Shown in pieces: positions 18,897 to 31,983 of a DNA stretch of 64,000 bases. This DNA is from Paragordius varius (Eukaryota; Animalia; Nematomorpha): NCBI GenBank assembly GCA_964247055.1, contig OZ176054.1, positions 10,602,001 to 10,666,000 of the forward strand, written 5' to 3'. Position 1 is the first letter of the stretch; the number at the start of each line of letters is the position of its first letter. Below the pieces are notes generated by a model that was given only the letters and a program-made list of their open reading frames with translations, ran no database searches and was not told where the DNA came from. The translations under genes were made by a program, and so were the position numbers.

Positions 18897-18968
18897 CCAT
18901 ACACTCCTGTGTTGTAAATTGCCCCTTACTATGGTGTAAAATAAGCAACCATTAAAATGCATACTGTA
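18766..18968. mobile_element. Hairpin MITE family C copy 2 with (TA)n in the loop
   Basis: Same arms as 13465-13624; right end ...CCATTAAAATGCATACTGTA. Confidence 0.8.
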
Positions 18969-19167
18969 TTTCAATGTATACAATATAGTTATTTTAATTT
19001 ACGGGGCATTACTATTTTTGTATATTTATACTAACATCTTTATATATATATATATATATATATGTCTAAGAAACTGATCTTACCTTTTTTTCATTTACAT
19101 ATATGATTTGAAACTAATTCTATCATCCTGTATTAATATTATAATGAAAATTATTATATTAATTCAA

Positions 19168-19214
<47 letters not shown>

Positions 19215-19879
19215 ATAATAATATTTTGTCCAAAATGCGCGACTGTCCAAATATTTTAAATATTAATAAATTTATTTATTTATGTGAACAATTATTATTG
19301 CATGCGTTTATACTTGTTATAATGCTTTTCTTATTCAATTTTTATTACTTATGAAATTTCAATAAGGTTAACTGCTTCGTATAAAACCTGATAATTGAAA
19401 AAGTTTGAGGAATTTTTCTGGCGATAAAAATGTGTTAGGATAAAATTATACATTATTCTATTTTTATGAAAAATACGCTTAGATATTTTAAATTAAGAAT
19501 CGAATCAATTTTTTTACAAACCCCTGGTTAAATCATTGCCGTGATTAAAAAATATAAAATTTTGGGCAGTTTATAAAAATAGCGATGGATATTGCTCAGG
19601 GTATATATATATATATATATATAACAATCAAATTTTTTGAAACACCGATCCGCCCGCAAAAAATAAAGTTATATAATTATGTTTGATTTATAGTTGTATT
19701 TCTATCGCGCAAAAAATTATAAAAAAATACATATATCTCAGGTAAAAATGATAAATCCCTATTGCCATATTTTTGACTATATATACATATAATTATAAAA
19801 TTTATTCTAATTTGCTTTTCCTTATAATCAAAATATGTTTTCGCCTTCGGTTATCAGTTTTTTTGTATTATCAATAACA

Positions 19880-20908
19880 TTATTCATCCATATCAAGTAG
19901 GAGAGTTATGGGGCAATGATCACTTCCAAGCACTTCTTTTCGATGTATCACATCACACACATGGGGTAAGAAACGTACAGATACCAGAAAATAATCTATA
20001 CGCCTATAATATATATATATATTTATATATATACCATTTACAGTTCAAATTCACCGTCGAACAATTCAAATTCACCCTAAAATAAAATATGTGTTTTTTA
20101 AGATTATATATTAGCTATATTTTTTATATTTATAAAAAAAAAGAAATTTTGTATGTAATCAAAATAATACTGAAAAAATAATAAACTTTGCCATAAAAAT
20201 ATATTTAATTTTAATGAAGAGTTATATTAGACCGAAGTTTCATAATTTATTTTTAGGGTAAATTTGAATTGTTCAAGGGTGAATTTGAATTGTTCAAGGG
20301 TGAATTTGAATTGTTTAAGGGTGAATTTGAACTGTAAATGGTATATATATATTATATAAAGAATAAAAATGCTGCGGCGAGATTTTAAGTCTATTCTATT
20401 TCCGTGAAAATTTGTTAAAATAAGCTTATGGAATTTTAGAAAAATGTGTGGATCTTTCTTAAACATGTAATTTGCAGAAACGAGAAAAAAAATGTTTTAT
20501 TGTTTATGCATTTACAAACTTACGTTCGATCTCTAATTAATTTATTATTAAAGCTATATATATTTGAAATGCGTCCTGAATTTGTGTTCCCTTGTATTCA
20601 CTAGGCGCCCTATTGAGCTACTCAGATTTTTTATAATAGTGAGGTTTTATTTTCAGAACCAGGATGCAAAAAATTAAGGATGAATGTAATAAAGATAATA
20701 TTTGAATGGTGCCCCAAACCGCTGATTATCAATATTTTCGTTTAAAATTTCAACTTAAACGCAAAACGGCTCATATTTCCATAGTTAAAATTTTATTTGA
20801 ATTGCCTTTAAATTATCGCTTGTAAATGTTATATTCAAAATGAATAAATATTAACCTAATTTTTTTAATTCATCCTAAAATTTTGAAAAAATTATAAATT
20901 TATAAAAC

Positions 20909-20996
<88 letters not shown>

Positions 20997-23900
20997 CCAT
21001 CCAATATTTTTTGAGCGAGCATTAAACATATAACTCCAGTAAGTATAAGCACCCTCTTCCTTTGGATGGAAATGTCTATTATATAAAAATATTTTTACAG
21101 TTAATGAAAAATATTTAGATATATTGATAAAAAAATCATTTAAATCCAATTTTACGATTACAATTTATTTAAATCTCTTGCTAATATTAAGAAAATATCA
21201 TTTCGATGTAATGCAAAAAAACTATTTTTATGCGAAAAAAATTAAGCTTAAATAATTAACAAAAATGGCGATTTTAGACTTTAAAAAACCTGTAAGATTA
21301 TATCATGTTTTATAAGTCAAGGAAGATTTAAATTTAAGTTAATAAAAAATATATTTGAAAGAATCAAATAAAATGCTTAAAAATAATAATAATTATATTA
21401 ACCAATTTCAGCAGTTTAGAATATTATTTCTAATAAAATAAATAGATATACAACAAGTTGAGGGATGAAAAAAATATAATTCATTTTATTTTTTTATATA
21501 TAATTATCAATGTTTTGTATAAAAATTTGAAATTTATTTTTCCCAAAAAGTATAATACAAAGCATATTCATGCTTAAAATGTTCTTAAATTATAAAAATA
21601 TCATTCCGCTTTATTCCAGAATTTTACTGCAATGCAAAAATATATTTTTATAATAAATTACAAAAGATGTAACGTTAAATCAAACCTAAAAGTGTCAACA
21701 AAACCCAAATCCAACAAACTTTGAAAAGATTCCCTTTCTTCTGGAGTGAATCCGGCAGATTTTGTATTGGTTTTGGGATTTTTCAGATCTAATTAATTTG
21801 GATAAATTAAAAAATTACCATTCTTTTCTTTTATTTATTATCAATCAAAAATACAAATTTTGGCATCGAGTTTAATCACATTTTTTATAAAAAGCAATGG
21901 ATCGCTCAAAAAAATCGCTACCAAAAGATTAAAATAAGTAATTTAATCAAAGACAGAATAAAAAAAGATTTTTTTTAGAGTTAATATCAAATCAGGTTTG
22001 AATCTTGTCCTTTAATATTACAAGAAAAATAACGTTATTTTAAAGTAGAAGTTAAATAAATGGAATATCCAATGATATAGGTAAAAAATATGCATAAGCG
22101 ACACCCATAAGATATTTGGCTGTTCATTGTAAATATTTGACAAAATGTTAATGATTTTTACCGATATTTGCAAAAAAAATTAATCAAAAAAAATAATTAT
22201 ATATTATTTTCTTATATTTTTGATTAAAAGGGACACAAAATACCCACATAAGCCATTAAATTTGAACGGCGATAACTTATAAAAATAAGTTTCATTCAAA
22301 AATCAGAATAATATATCATAGTCAACCAGAGGTACTTAGTTTCTAAAAACAGATTATACTAATATAAAGCTCATAAACAGGTGTATAAGGGGATCCATAC
22401 TTATTTTCAAAGAATACTATATTCAACAGTCCCCTAACACCGTATAAAAAATAAGTTTTTTTAAAATAATTTCACATTGTATATATATACCATTTACAGT
22501 TCAAATTCACCCTTGAACAATTCAAATTCACCCTCGAACAATTTTCACCTTTAAACAATTCAAATTCACCCTAAAAATAAATTATGTGTTATTTTCGAAC
22601 TAATATAACTCATTATTAATATGAAATATAAGTTTATAGTATGGAGTTTATTATTTTTTCAGTATTAGTTTAATTTAACACACAATTTTTATTTTTGAAA
22701 AATATATAAAATATAGGTAATTTTTTAATCTTAAAAAACATATATTTTATTTGAGGGTGAATTTGAATTGTTCAAGGGTGAATTTGAATTGTTCAAGGGT
22801 GAATTTAAATTGTTCAAGGGTGAATTTGAATTGTTCAAGTAAGGGTGAAATTGAATTGTAAATGGTATATCTATATTACCAATTTCTTTATGAGCTACAT
22901 TCAAATCACCACAAATGATAACGGGTTTTCTTGCATCAAGCTGGGCAATGTATGCCTTAAAACATTTATCCCATGCCAATCGATAGGGTAATCGAACAAG
23001 CTTGGCTCCTGCATTTGGAACGTCTAAAAAGTAACGAGCGTCAAATAAGTGAAAATTTATAAATACCCCTTAAATTAAAAAACATATATTTATGTGTATT
23101 AAAATATTTTTAAAATCAAAATACGGTGTACTTTATAAAGTACCCAATTAAATAAAACTATATCATACAATCCTCGATTCACCACTGAACATATCTAACT
23201 CACCCTAAAAATTTAATAATGCGTTTCGGGCTAATGCCTTTGCTAAAAATTCTTTTTTTAAAACTTTGTTATTTTTTTCATGTAATTATTTATAAGGTGT
23301 ATACAAAATGTTTAAGGGGTGAATTTGAAAATATTGATTGTTGAAATGTTAAGGATAAATTAGAAAGTTTAAGAGTGAATCTAAGGTGTATTTAGTATAT
23401 ATGGATCTTTATTAAAAAATAAAAAAATTTTTGTTTATTATTTTTTTGTTTATTTTAATGTGGTAAACTAAGTGTGATGGAAAATGCCCCGACATGCATT
23501 ACTTTTTTAAAGACGTTGTGTTTTTATTTGAATATAATAAATATTTTTTGGGTGATATTTAATAAAAAATACTATAAAAAAGGAATAATAAAAAATTTAA
23601 AAAAATTTGTCCTCAAATCATTTCAAAAAATATCCATTCGATCGCCTTTAAATTAAATATTTTTTTTTTAATTATAAAAAATTCTGATTTCAACCGCGCT
23701 TATGTTTTGGAAGGAATATTAATATGAGCTTACGCGTTTTTATAATTGCGATCAATACGGAATTTTGCATGCTTTTAATTAAAATTAAAACAATTTTAGA
23801 TAATAAAATAAAAATATAAACTCTTTTTTTTCATAAACTAAAATTTAAAAGTCGAAATTTTAAAAAGTATATCAAGGAGGTTGTCCACAGATCAAATTGT

Positions 23901-25551
23901 ATGTTTAATACAAAAAAATAATTTATAATATATATACAATTAACTGCTCAAATTCAACCTTGAACAATTCAAATTCACCCTAAAAATAAATTATGTGTTT
24001 TCGAACTAATTTATTAATAAGAAATGTATCTTTATGGCATAGTTTATATTTTTTAAGTATTATTTTTAGTTAAAACAAAATTTTGATTTTTTATAAATAT
24101 ATAAAAATATTGGTAATTTTTAATCTAAAATAACATATATTTATTTTAATATTATTTTGAATTATTAAAGGGTGAATTTAAATTGTTTAAGGGTGAATTT
24201 GAATTGTTTAAGAGTAAATTTGAATTGTAAATGGTATAAATATTAAAATTAACACTAAATATAAAAAAATAAAAATTACAGAATTTATTACCAATTTTAT
24301 AAAATTTATGAACAAATAGTTTAGCGAAAAAAAGTAACTTACAAACATTAACCAAATAAAAATTGGGGTATTCGGCAGTTATAACGCGTCCTTCATTATC
24401 ATGGTCCGAGTCTCCTAAAAAATAAAATATAATATATAAAAATATTTTTTTAAAATCTCCCCAGTATTTTTAAATATATATTTTGTATTTAATGATTTCT
24501 TTTAATTTTAGCATGCAATAAATTACACCTGTTATGAAAAGAATAATGTATAAATATAATGATTCGTAAAAAAGTTTGTTTTAAATAAAATTTAAGGATG
24601 GTTCTGAATTCCCATTTTAATAAACTCTAAATTATATGGACAAAAAAATATAAAACTGGCAAACAAAAATAGTATCTGTCACTTTTCTCTGAGATATATA
24701 AAAAATATACCAATAACTTTTATATAAAAAAAAATAGTTTAAATTTAATTTTATTAAATTATTTCTTTTGTTTTTTATTTTAGTTAATCCATTGAAAAGA
24801 TACTACCATGTATCGAAAATTTTGGATGTCATTCAATTTAATAATTTTTACGAGATTTCATATTATTATTTTCAATAAATAAATTCGTTAAAATCGTTTA
24901 GAACGGCGGTATCGGTTCCAAAAAACGGTTTCGATTAAAATCCCAATTTAAAATTGAGAAATTATATTATATATTTAAAAAAAAGAAATTGCTTAAAATT
25001 TTATAAAATATAATAATAAAACCTATGCCATGAGTTATGTTAATTGGTTTATTTCGACTAATTAAACCGGTTCCAGAGTAACCAGGCTTTTTAGCCGAAT
25101 ACCAATCATACAAATATTTAGCAAAATGGTTTGGAAAATTCAAATCTTCCGGTATTTTATGAGATTCTGATTTAATTTCTTGGAAACACAATATATCCGG
25201 TTTTTCATGAGCCAAAAATGTAAATCCATTTTTCTAAATAGATAAATATGAGAACAATTACTTTAATAAGTGCTCTTAGTCCATCAACGTTCCAACAAGT
25301 TATTTTAAAGTTAAGGCGTTTGTTTCTAGCTGATAAGGCATCAGAACCAAAATCAATTTTGTCAATTTCAGTGGCTATGGGATTCAAAAACTTTTTTTCA
25401 CTATTTAATTCTGCATTGCCATTATTCTAAAATATTAAAATTCCGAGTAATTTACTGTTAATTTTAATTGTTTAACCTTTTTGATACGTTTGTTTGTGGA
25501 ACTTATATCATTTTCACCAGGCCTTTTACAATTTCCACTCATATTCACCAT
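19880..25551 (-). CDS. APEX1: Apurinic/apyrimidinic endonuclease (APE1 / exonuclease III family); possible upstream in-frame ATG at 25599
   Basis: Exons 25551-25477, 25426-25262 ([12 protein letters not shown]), 25233-25023 ([16 protein letters not shown]), 24414-24343 ([13 protein letters not shown]), 23023-22880 ([21 protein letters not shown]), 21788-21686 ([20 protein letters not shown]), 21075-20998 ([17 protein letters not shown]), 20003-19880 ([15 protein letters not shown]). Phases are consistent and the catalytic motifs are present. Confidence 0.97.
20030..20345. mobile_element. MITE family A copy in last APEX1 intron
   Basis: TATACCATTTACAGTTCAAATTCACC...GAACTGTAAATGGTATA; several 21-bp units in the right arm. 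Confidence 0.9.
20905..20996. repeat. Interrupted (TA)n microsatellite starting directly at the APEX1 splice donor (20997)
   Basis: Minus-strand intron begins GTATATATATA... Confidence 0.9.
22486..22869. mobile_element. MITE family A copy (expanded arms) in APEX1 intron, 10 nt from the donor
   Basis: Full TIRs; about 4-5 tandem 21-bp units in the right arm. Confidence 0.9.
23945..24238. mobile_element. MITE family A copy in APEX1 intron (an older degenerate copy lies at about 23180-23395)
   Basis: Left TIR truncated; right end ...TTGAATTGTAAATGGTATA. Confidence 0.85.
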
Positions 25552-25605
25552 AGATTTAAAATTTGAATTTAGGCGAGTAAAACATTTGCCTAACAACATA
25601 TAATC

Positions 25606-28502
25606 ATGTTACTGAAAGCATGGTTAAATACAAACTCTCTGGTAGGATTTAAAAGATGCTTAACTATCAAGAAAATAGGGGAAAACAATAATTCTAACAT
25701 GGAACTGATTGAACAAATCTTCATATCACCTATCATTCAAACCATATTTAAACGAATTAATCGGCAAACTAGTAACATCTACAAGATATATGCACCATCC
25801 CCTCAATCTTACCGTGCTTCTACAATCAAACTTTTGCCAAAATCTCAGATTGATAAATTAATACAAGAACAAATGGATAAAGCTCAGTATAAATTACGGT
25901 GTCCACCTATCGTAGCTCCTAGAAAACCTATTAAAGTATTATAAAATATATTTTATATCATACATAGGAATTTATTTGTAAAAATAAAGAATTACAAGGT
26001 TTAAATGATGCAAAAATGGTTTTTACCGATATCACCTACAGTTCGACATTAAATAACAATAATAACCGATTTATTATTGTACGTCAACCTGATGGTACAC
26101 TGCGACGAGCTTCTTGGAAAGTAACTTATTTCCAAAATGTTTAAACTTATTAAAAATTAAGGATTAGATTTGAAGCGATCTGGTTTAAAACAATTTTTTC
26201 GGTAAATGATTTTTAATTTTATAAAAGAGCTATATAGCACGGTTTCGCTTCCAAAATAATATTTTCGCAAAAAATTTACGTATAGTTGCCATTATTTTTG
26301 GAAAACGAATGATTGCTTAATTGCATTCGAGTATATATGTAAATTTGATAATTTTCTACAGTTTTTATATAAAAACGTACCAAAAATGTTTTGGTTTAAA
26401 ATATATGCGCAAAAAATTGTTTTTTTTCGGTTTAAGATATTAGGTCTTATGTTTTAAAATCTACAGTAACTTATAAATTTTTACGAAAGACATATTCTGC
26501 TTACAATATGTTAGTATATTAATTACTTTAGATCATATGTATGTATTTTCCTTTTGGTAAATAGGTAACACTAATATAATCCAATTCTATAATATACCAT
26601 TATAATTTTAATAAGAAACAATTTTAACAATAAAAAAACAAACGTAATTTTATTAAAAATTAAAAATTCTTCTTTTATTTATCAGCAAAACTAAAGGTTT
26701 TGGCCTCAAACTATGGTTCCATAAAAGCTGTTTCCTTTATTTTTTTATCGTTTATAAAACATCATAATTAATTACTTTTTATTACCTTTTTTATACATTA
26801 TTTTAACAAAATTTTAAATTATTTTTTTATAAGATCTCATGAGATTTTTTGGTATTTATAATATGTTATGTTAGGAAAGAGATCGAATGAATCAAATTTA
26901 TTTTCCGATTCCAGGAAGGCAATTACGAACACCCAAGTTGTTTGAAGATGACACAGTTTTTGAGGTTAGTTTATAATTTTATTACATAATATTTTTAGAA
27001 TAATATATTCTGTAATTCTATAAAAAGTTTTTGATGGTTTTTAACTTTGGAGCTTATGTTTATATATTATACTTCGATTATTTAAAATGTTTGAAAATTT
27101 TAATTATAGGTTATTGGGAAAAAAACGATAATTTTAATTTTGGACATTGAAATTGTATAGCATTTAGACCCAAAATGCTACAATTTTAAATATTTGTAAA
27201 ATATATGAAATTATATAAATAACGGTAATCTGCATAGAACATACCTTTTGTATAAAACTGTTTTTTTAAATTATTTTTATACGTTCAAGAGTCATTCAGT
27301 GAAAACGTTAACTTTTTGTCCATAAAATTATATATTTTTAACAATAGTTAACATTAAATTTTATAAAATTTTGCAATTTGTTAATTTAAATCCAACACTC
27401 TAACTTTACACACACTTTTTGTATACTAAAGATAACTCACATATAAGAATGTAAAAACGCTTAATGATAATCCAAAAAAACCGTCAAATTTTTCGATTCG
27501 AAGCGGTCCGTTAATATATTCTGTAGCTGTGTTTATTAAATTTAAGCCCAAAGGAAGTATACTGTATAAAATTTTAACCGTTTTATTTTGCATATTCTAT
27601 TACCTTAATAGTATGCCTTGAAACGAGGAATATACGTGGAATTATTGGATCGTATAACACAACAATTTTATCCGGATGACCCGAGATTTTTACATTTCAT
27701 TAGTCAAGTTTTTAATCACATTATCGACGCGAATTCCTTTGACAACATCAACGATACCATCGCCTTAAATGATTCGGTTAAAGGATGTGATAATCTTATT
27801 TCCACCCGCTATTTTACACTTTTCATATACTATTGCATAACCTTGATTGGCAATATTAATGTTCCCATATCTTATTTTTGTAATAAACTCTGGCAATCAA
27901 TCTCATTATCACAATCATCTACTACTTCTACTTTGATTAATCAAGCGAAACAAAATATTGGCATTGAAACTTTTCAGCATTGTGCTTCACAGGATGAAAA
28001 GCGTTTAAATACCCCGCACTTTAATATGTTTGCGTATTCGTTTGAGAATGGTATACGTTGCCTTGCACACATTATTCAAATGTATGAAATTATAAACTCT
28101 ATTATGGAGACTCGTAAAAATGCTACGGAACAGAATGCAGAACAATCCACAAAAATTACTCATAATGTGTTGACTGAAGCATTTACAAATCATTCTATAA
28201 GTCATGTCCTACTTACGACTAACAATTCAATAAACACATCTTTAAAAGCAACTGATATTACGGATGATAATAATAATAATAGTGAAAATAATATAGCTTT
28301 GTTAATGCAATATGTTGATGAATATATCAGAAGTAAAACACAAGCTTACGATGAAGCAATTGTGAAAATTGGTGAAAACTGGAACATGGTTTACGAGGCA
28401 TGGAGGAATCATCAAAATGAGTTAAAATCCCTTGAAATACCAGTAAATAATTTAAACATTAACAACGAACAAAACACGGAATTACGCAATTTGGTGGCCT
28501 AA
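25606..28502 (+). CDS. MRPS22: Mitochondrial ribosomal protein S22
   Basis: Exons 25606-25935, 25968-26120, 26875-26964, 27612-28502. Segments [69 protein letters not shown] and QFYPDDPRF..LISTRYF match MRPS22 motifs (e.g. human [29 protein letters not shown]). The N-terminus is basic and presequence-like. Confidence 0.9.
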
Positions 28503-29472
28503 AAATATTAAACACTATACCCTTTATATCATATATTTTGGTAATGATTGTGATCAAATAAATTTATAATTGATATTTTTTTGGTAGATTATGGGGAAAA
28601 CAGGAAATACACTTAAAAATTTAAGTTAATCCTCTCGGTTTATAATCGTTTTATCATCATTTTAATGGTAAAGGCATATTTTACAGCTTTTAATCTAGCC
28701 GTTTAAAATTTTTCATTCATGGAAACCATTTAGATATTCTACTTTGTAACTAATTATATTTTTCAAGAAGCATCGCGTCATAACTGTAAAAGCCATCTAG
28801 CTAAGGTTTTTTCCCAAGATAATAGCATTATAATGTTATATATTATTGACTTCTATAAAATTTTTCTATTAGCTAATAATTTTTTTTATTATAAGCTACA
28901 GAATGAAACCCTAGCAATGTATACCTACTGATACTGTAAATTAGGATTTTTAATTAAATATTGTGAAAATAGTTACAAAACACATAATTTAAAAGGATAA
29001 AAACAAGATAATTTTAACCATGACCTTCCTTTTTATAAAAAATACCCTAATAAGGTTTAACTTATGAAGGTTAACATAATCTTGCCATGGTATATGAGTT
29101 AAGACAAGGTTTTTTTTCTTTTGTGCCCACCCCCCATAAAAAACTGCGTTGGAAATACATGTTTTTTGTAGAACATTTTAAACTGGCATCTGTTGTTGGT
29201 TTACTAAAAGTTATCCAGCCATCACCATGAAGAGAAGTAATGTCTTTATTGGCCAGGGCAGTACTCTAAATGTTATATATTATCCGACAATAGAATAAGG
29301 TACAAATTTTATCTATTTCCGATAGGCCTCGATTTATATAAAACAACGTAAAGTTCCAATTTATACTAAATCATTTATTTTACATTATAACAATACAAGG
29401 TATATTCATTATGACTTATTACATAATTATAATACAAAACGCTCTGACACACACTACTCTACATTCATCATA

Positions 29473-30924
29473 TCAATAGTTTATGTGCTTTGTGGTTTTT
29501 TGACTTTCCTTGCTTTTTCTAGCATCATTTTTTAATTCCTGTTCCCAAACACGCCTACGATAATTGAAAAGAGCCATTGCAGTTTTGGCATCTTCAACGG
29601 AATCATGATGACCATCCTGAATGTTTGTGTTTAAAAAATGGCCAGCTAATTTTTTAAGGGATGGCCTTTTAGTTTTTACCGCGCTTTGAAAGTATTTATG
29701 TTTTGCGGTATCACGTATCCTATTTCTAGGATGTGTAAGGAATAAAACTTTCAAATCATTTTTAAGGGCATGACCAACCAAAATTTTATCTTTTACCAGG
29801 GCATGGACTTCCTTTTGAACCTGAGCAAATGGTTTACCTAATAAACAAATTATACAATGGTAAGATTAAATAAAAACAAGTAGATACTAAAATATGGACT
29901 TTTATTACAAGAATTCATCAACTTACTATTTTCTTGACTAGCTAGTATTTATCAATGTTATATATATAAAGCTATAGCATTAGTATAAATTCGACCGAAT
30001 CAATGTGTATTTATAAATACACTTTTAAAATTATAGCATTGTTAATATTAGTGTACATAAAAATGCAAAAAATTTGTTTTAATTTGTAAAAATGTTTTAT
30101 TCGTTATATCAAAATTCAGAGTAGAGTTAAAGTTAAAAAATACGTGCAATTTTAAATCTTTAAATTTATAAATACTGTTTTATAAAAATATTAGGATAAA
30201 TATTTTATTGGTACCGATGATGATCGTACCATATAACTCATTTCAACTTTTTTACCATTTATAAATTCGTAATATTTTAAACTTTTTCCATATATTTCTA
30301 TAGATCAGGCGTGAAAATGTTAAAAAGCGGTTTTATGAGTAAAAAAATATAATTTTAACAAAATGTAAAAAAAGACTAATTGTGATCCAGTAACCACTGC
30401 AAAAACTTAATAAATAAATCACTGAAAAAAATTAATATTCGGTTTTGAATCTGAACTGAAAAATAGACGCTTCAAACTTCGAAACAAGATTTTTTGATTA
30501 AACCAAAGCAATAGAGAGATTTAACTATTTTAAATGACTCATAGTAGATATCTGACCTGATTTTAAATGTTGATTAGTTATGCCAGTAACGTGAAAGCGG
30601 TAATCTGTAATTTTTTCTCTTGGTTTAACATAGGTATCATATACACACTCAAGTCTTTGATTAACAATTGAAACTTTTGCTAAATGGTCATCTTTACCAT
30701 TAAAACCAGTACCGACGAATTCGCAATCAATAGCCAAATATTTTGTGATTTGATTAACAGGTTGGCTAATATTTATTAATTTTATACCCTATACATTTCT
30801 CTCCAGATTTTATTGGAGTTTTAGTTTTTTCTTTTTTTATTTCGGCTTTAAGCTTGGCCCAATTTGATGAAAAATCGCTCGAAGATTTGGGTTTTTGAAT
30901 TATTGTTTCACGCATTTGTGTCAT
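29473..30924 (-). CDS. REXO4: RNA exonuclease 4 (DEDDh)
   Basis: Exons 30924-30788 (FSSNWAKL), 30765-30557 ([35 protein letters not shown]), 29837-29473 ([44 protein letters not shown]). Confidence 0.95.
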
Positions 30925-31949
30925 GCCTTCAGTAAACCATCCGCAATTTAAATATTTTTCAACATAAGCTCTTCAATATAAATATTTAAACTTTGCTTTA
31001 TCAAACAATATTAGCAATCTATCACCTTTTGAAATACTATCATATTATAGACCGATTTGAACTTCAAAAATCTTAAAAAGTATTAGGTATTAAGCTAATA
31101 AAAATATGGTTTCTTCAATCCATTAACTTTTGGGGTAGTTTAATATCTTAAAGCGATTTGAAATTTGCATATCTTAAAAAGTATATAAGATGTTTATCCA
31201 AATCTATATGCCTTTTTAGCCTTTTAGGCGCATTATACCAATTCTTGAAAAAATAATAAAATTTTAAAAATTCCTTATCTTAAAATTTTAAACGCATATT
31301 TTTCTTTAAATTTTCTAAATCGGTAATATAATAGACAAATATATATTATTGTTGGAGAGTAAATAATTATTGTAAAATATTTGAAGCTTATTAAACGTGA
31401 TATATTATGATATCATTCATCAGATTGTTTATATCGTGTTATGGAGTCAATTTTAGGCTCTAATCATAAAACTATAAAAAATATCTTTTTATTTACAAAA
31501 CATAAGAAGGAGCTCATTTATATGTAGACCAGTGTTTTGAAAGTTATATTAATTAAAATTTAATTTATCAAACGCTCCAATGCATCAGATAAAAAAAGCT
31601 TACATTACTATTGTGTGCCTAGAGTGTCGAAAATTGAGACAGCTCCAAAACACTGTAAATAGCTGATCATTAAAACCAAAATAATCTAGTTTAAATGAAG
31701 CCTGAAAGCTTTAAAAATATATATTTACCTTTCTAACCATCATATACATTTGTTTGCCTGTTTGCATTAAGGATTTACATTTTTTATTATATGCAACAAA
31801 AATTCCAAAAAAGCACATTTTAAATTCCGCTTAATACCATAAATATTTTTTAAGTTACCAAATTTCAAATCGCTCTGGGATACCCAAAAGGTCATGCAGT
31901 GTTACTTGTATATTTAAAATGAATCAATTAATAAAAAATAAATAAATAA

Positions 31950-31983
<34 letters not shown>

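Noticed and set aside
20030-22869. MITE A as an introner (an element that creates introns)
   Set aside because: No copy coincides with whole intron boundaries; the splice sites lie outside the TIRs.
22731-22870. Tandem 21-bp repeats as a CRISPR array or as coding repeats (NSPLNNS / QFKFTLE ORFs at 20227, 22731, 24152)
   Set aside because: There are no unique spacers and no cas genes, and the context is eukaryotic. The units are the subterminal repeats of MITE family A, and the ORFs are read-through from exons into the MITE or lie within it.
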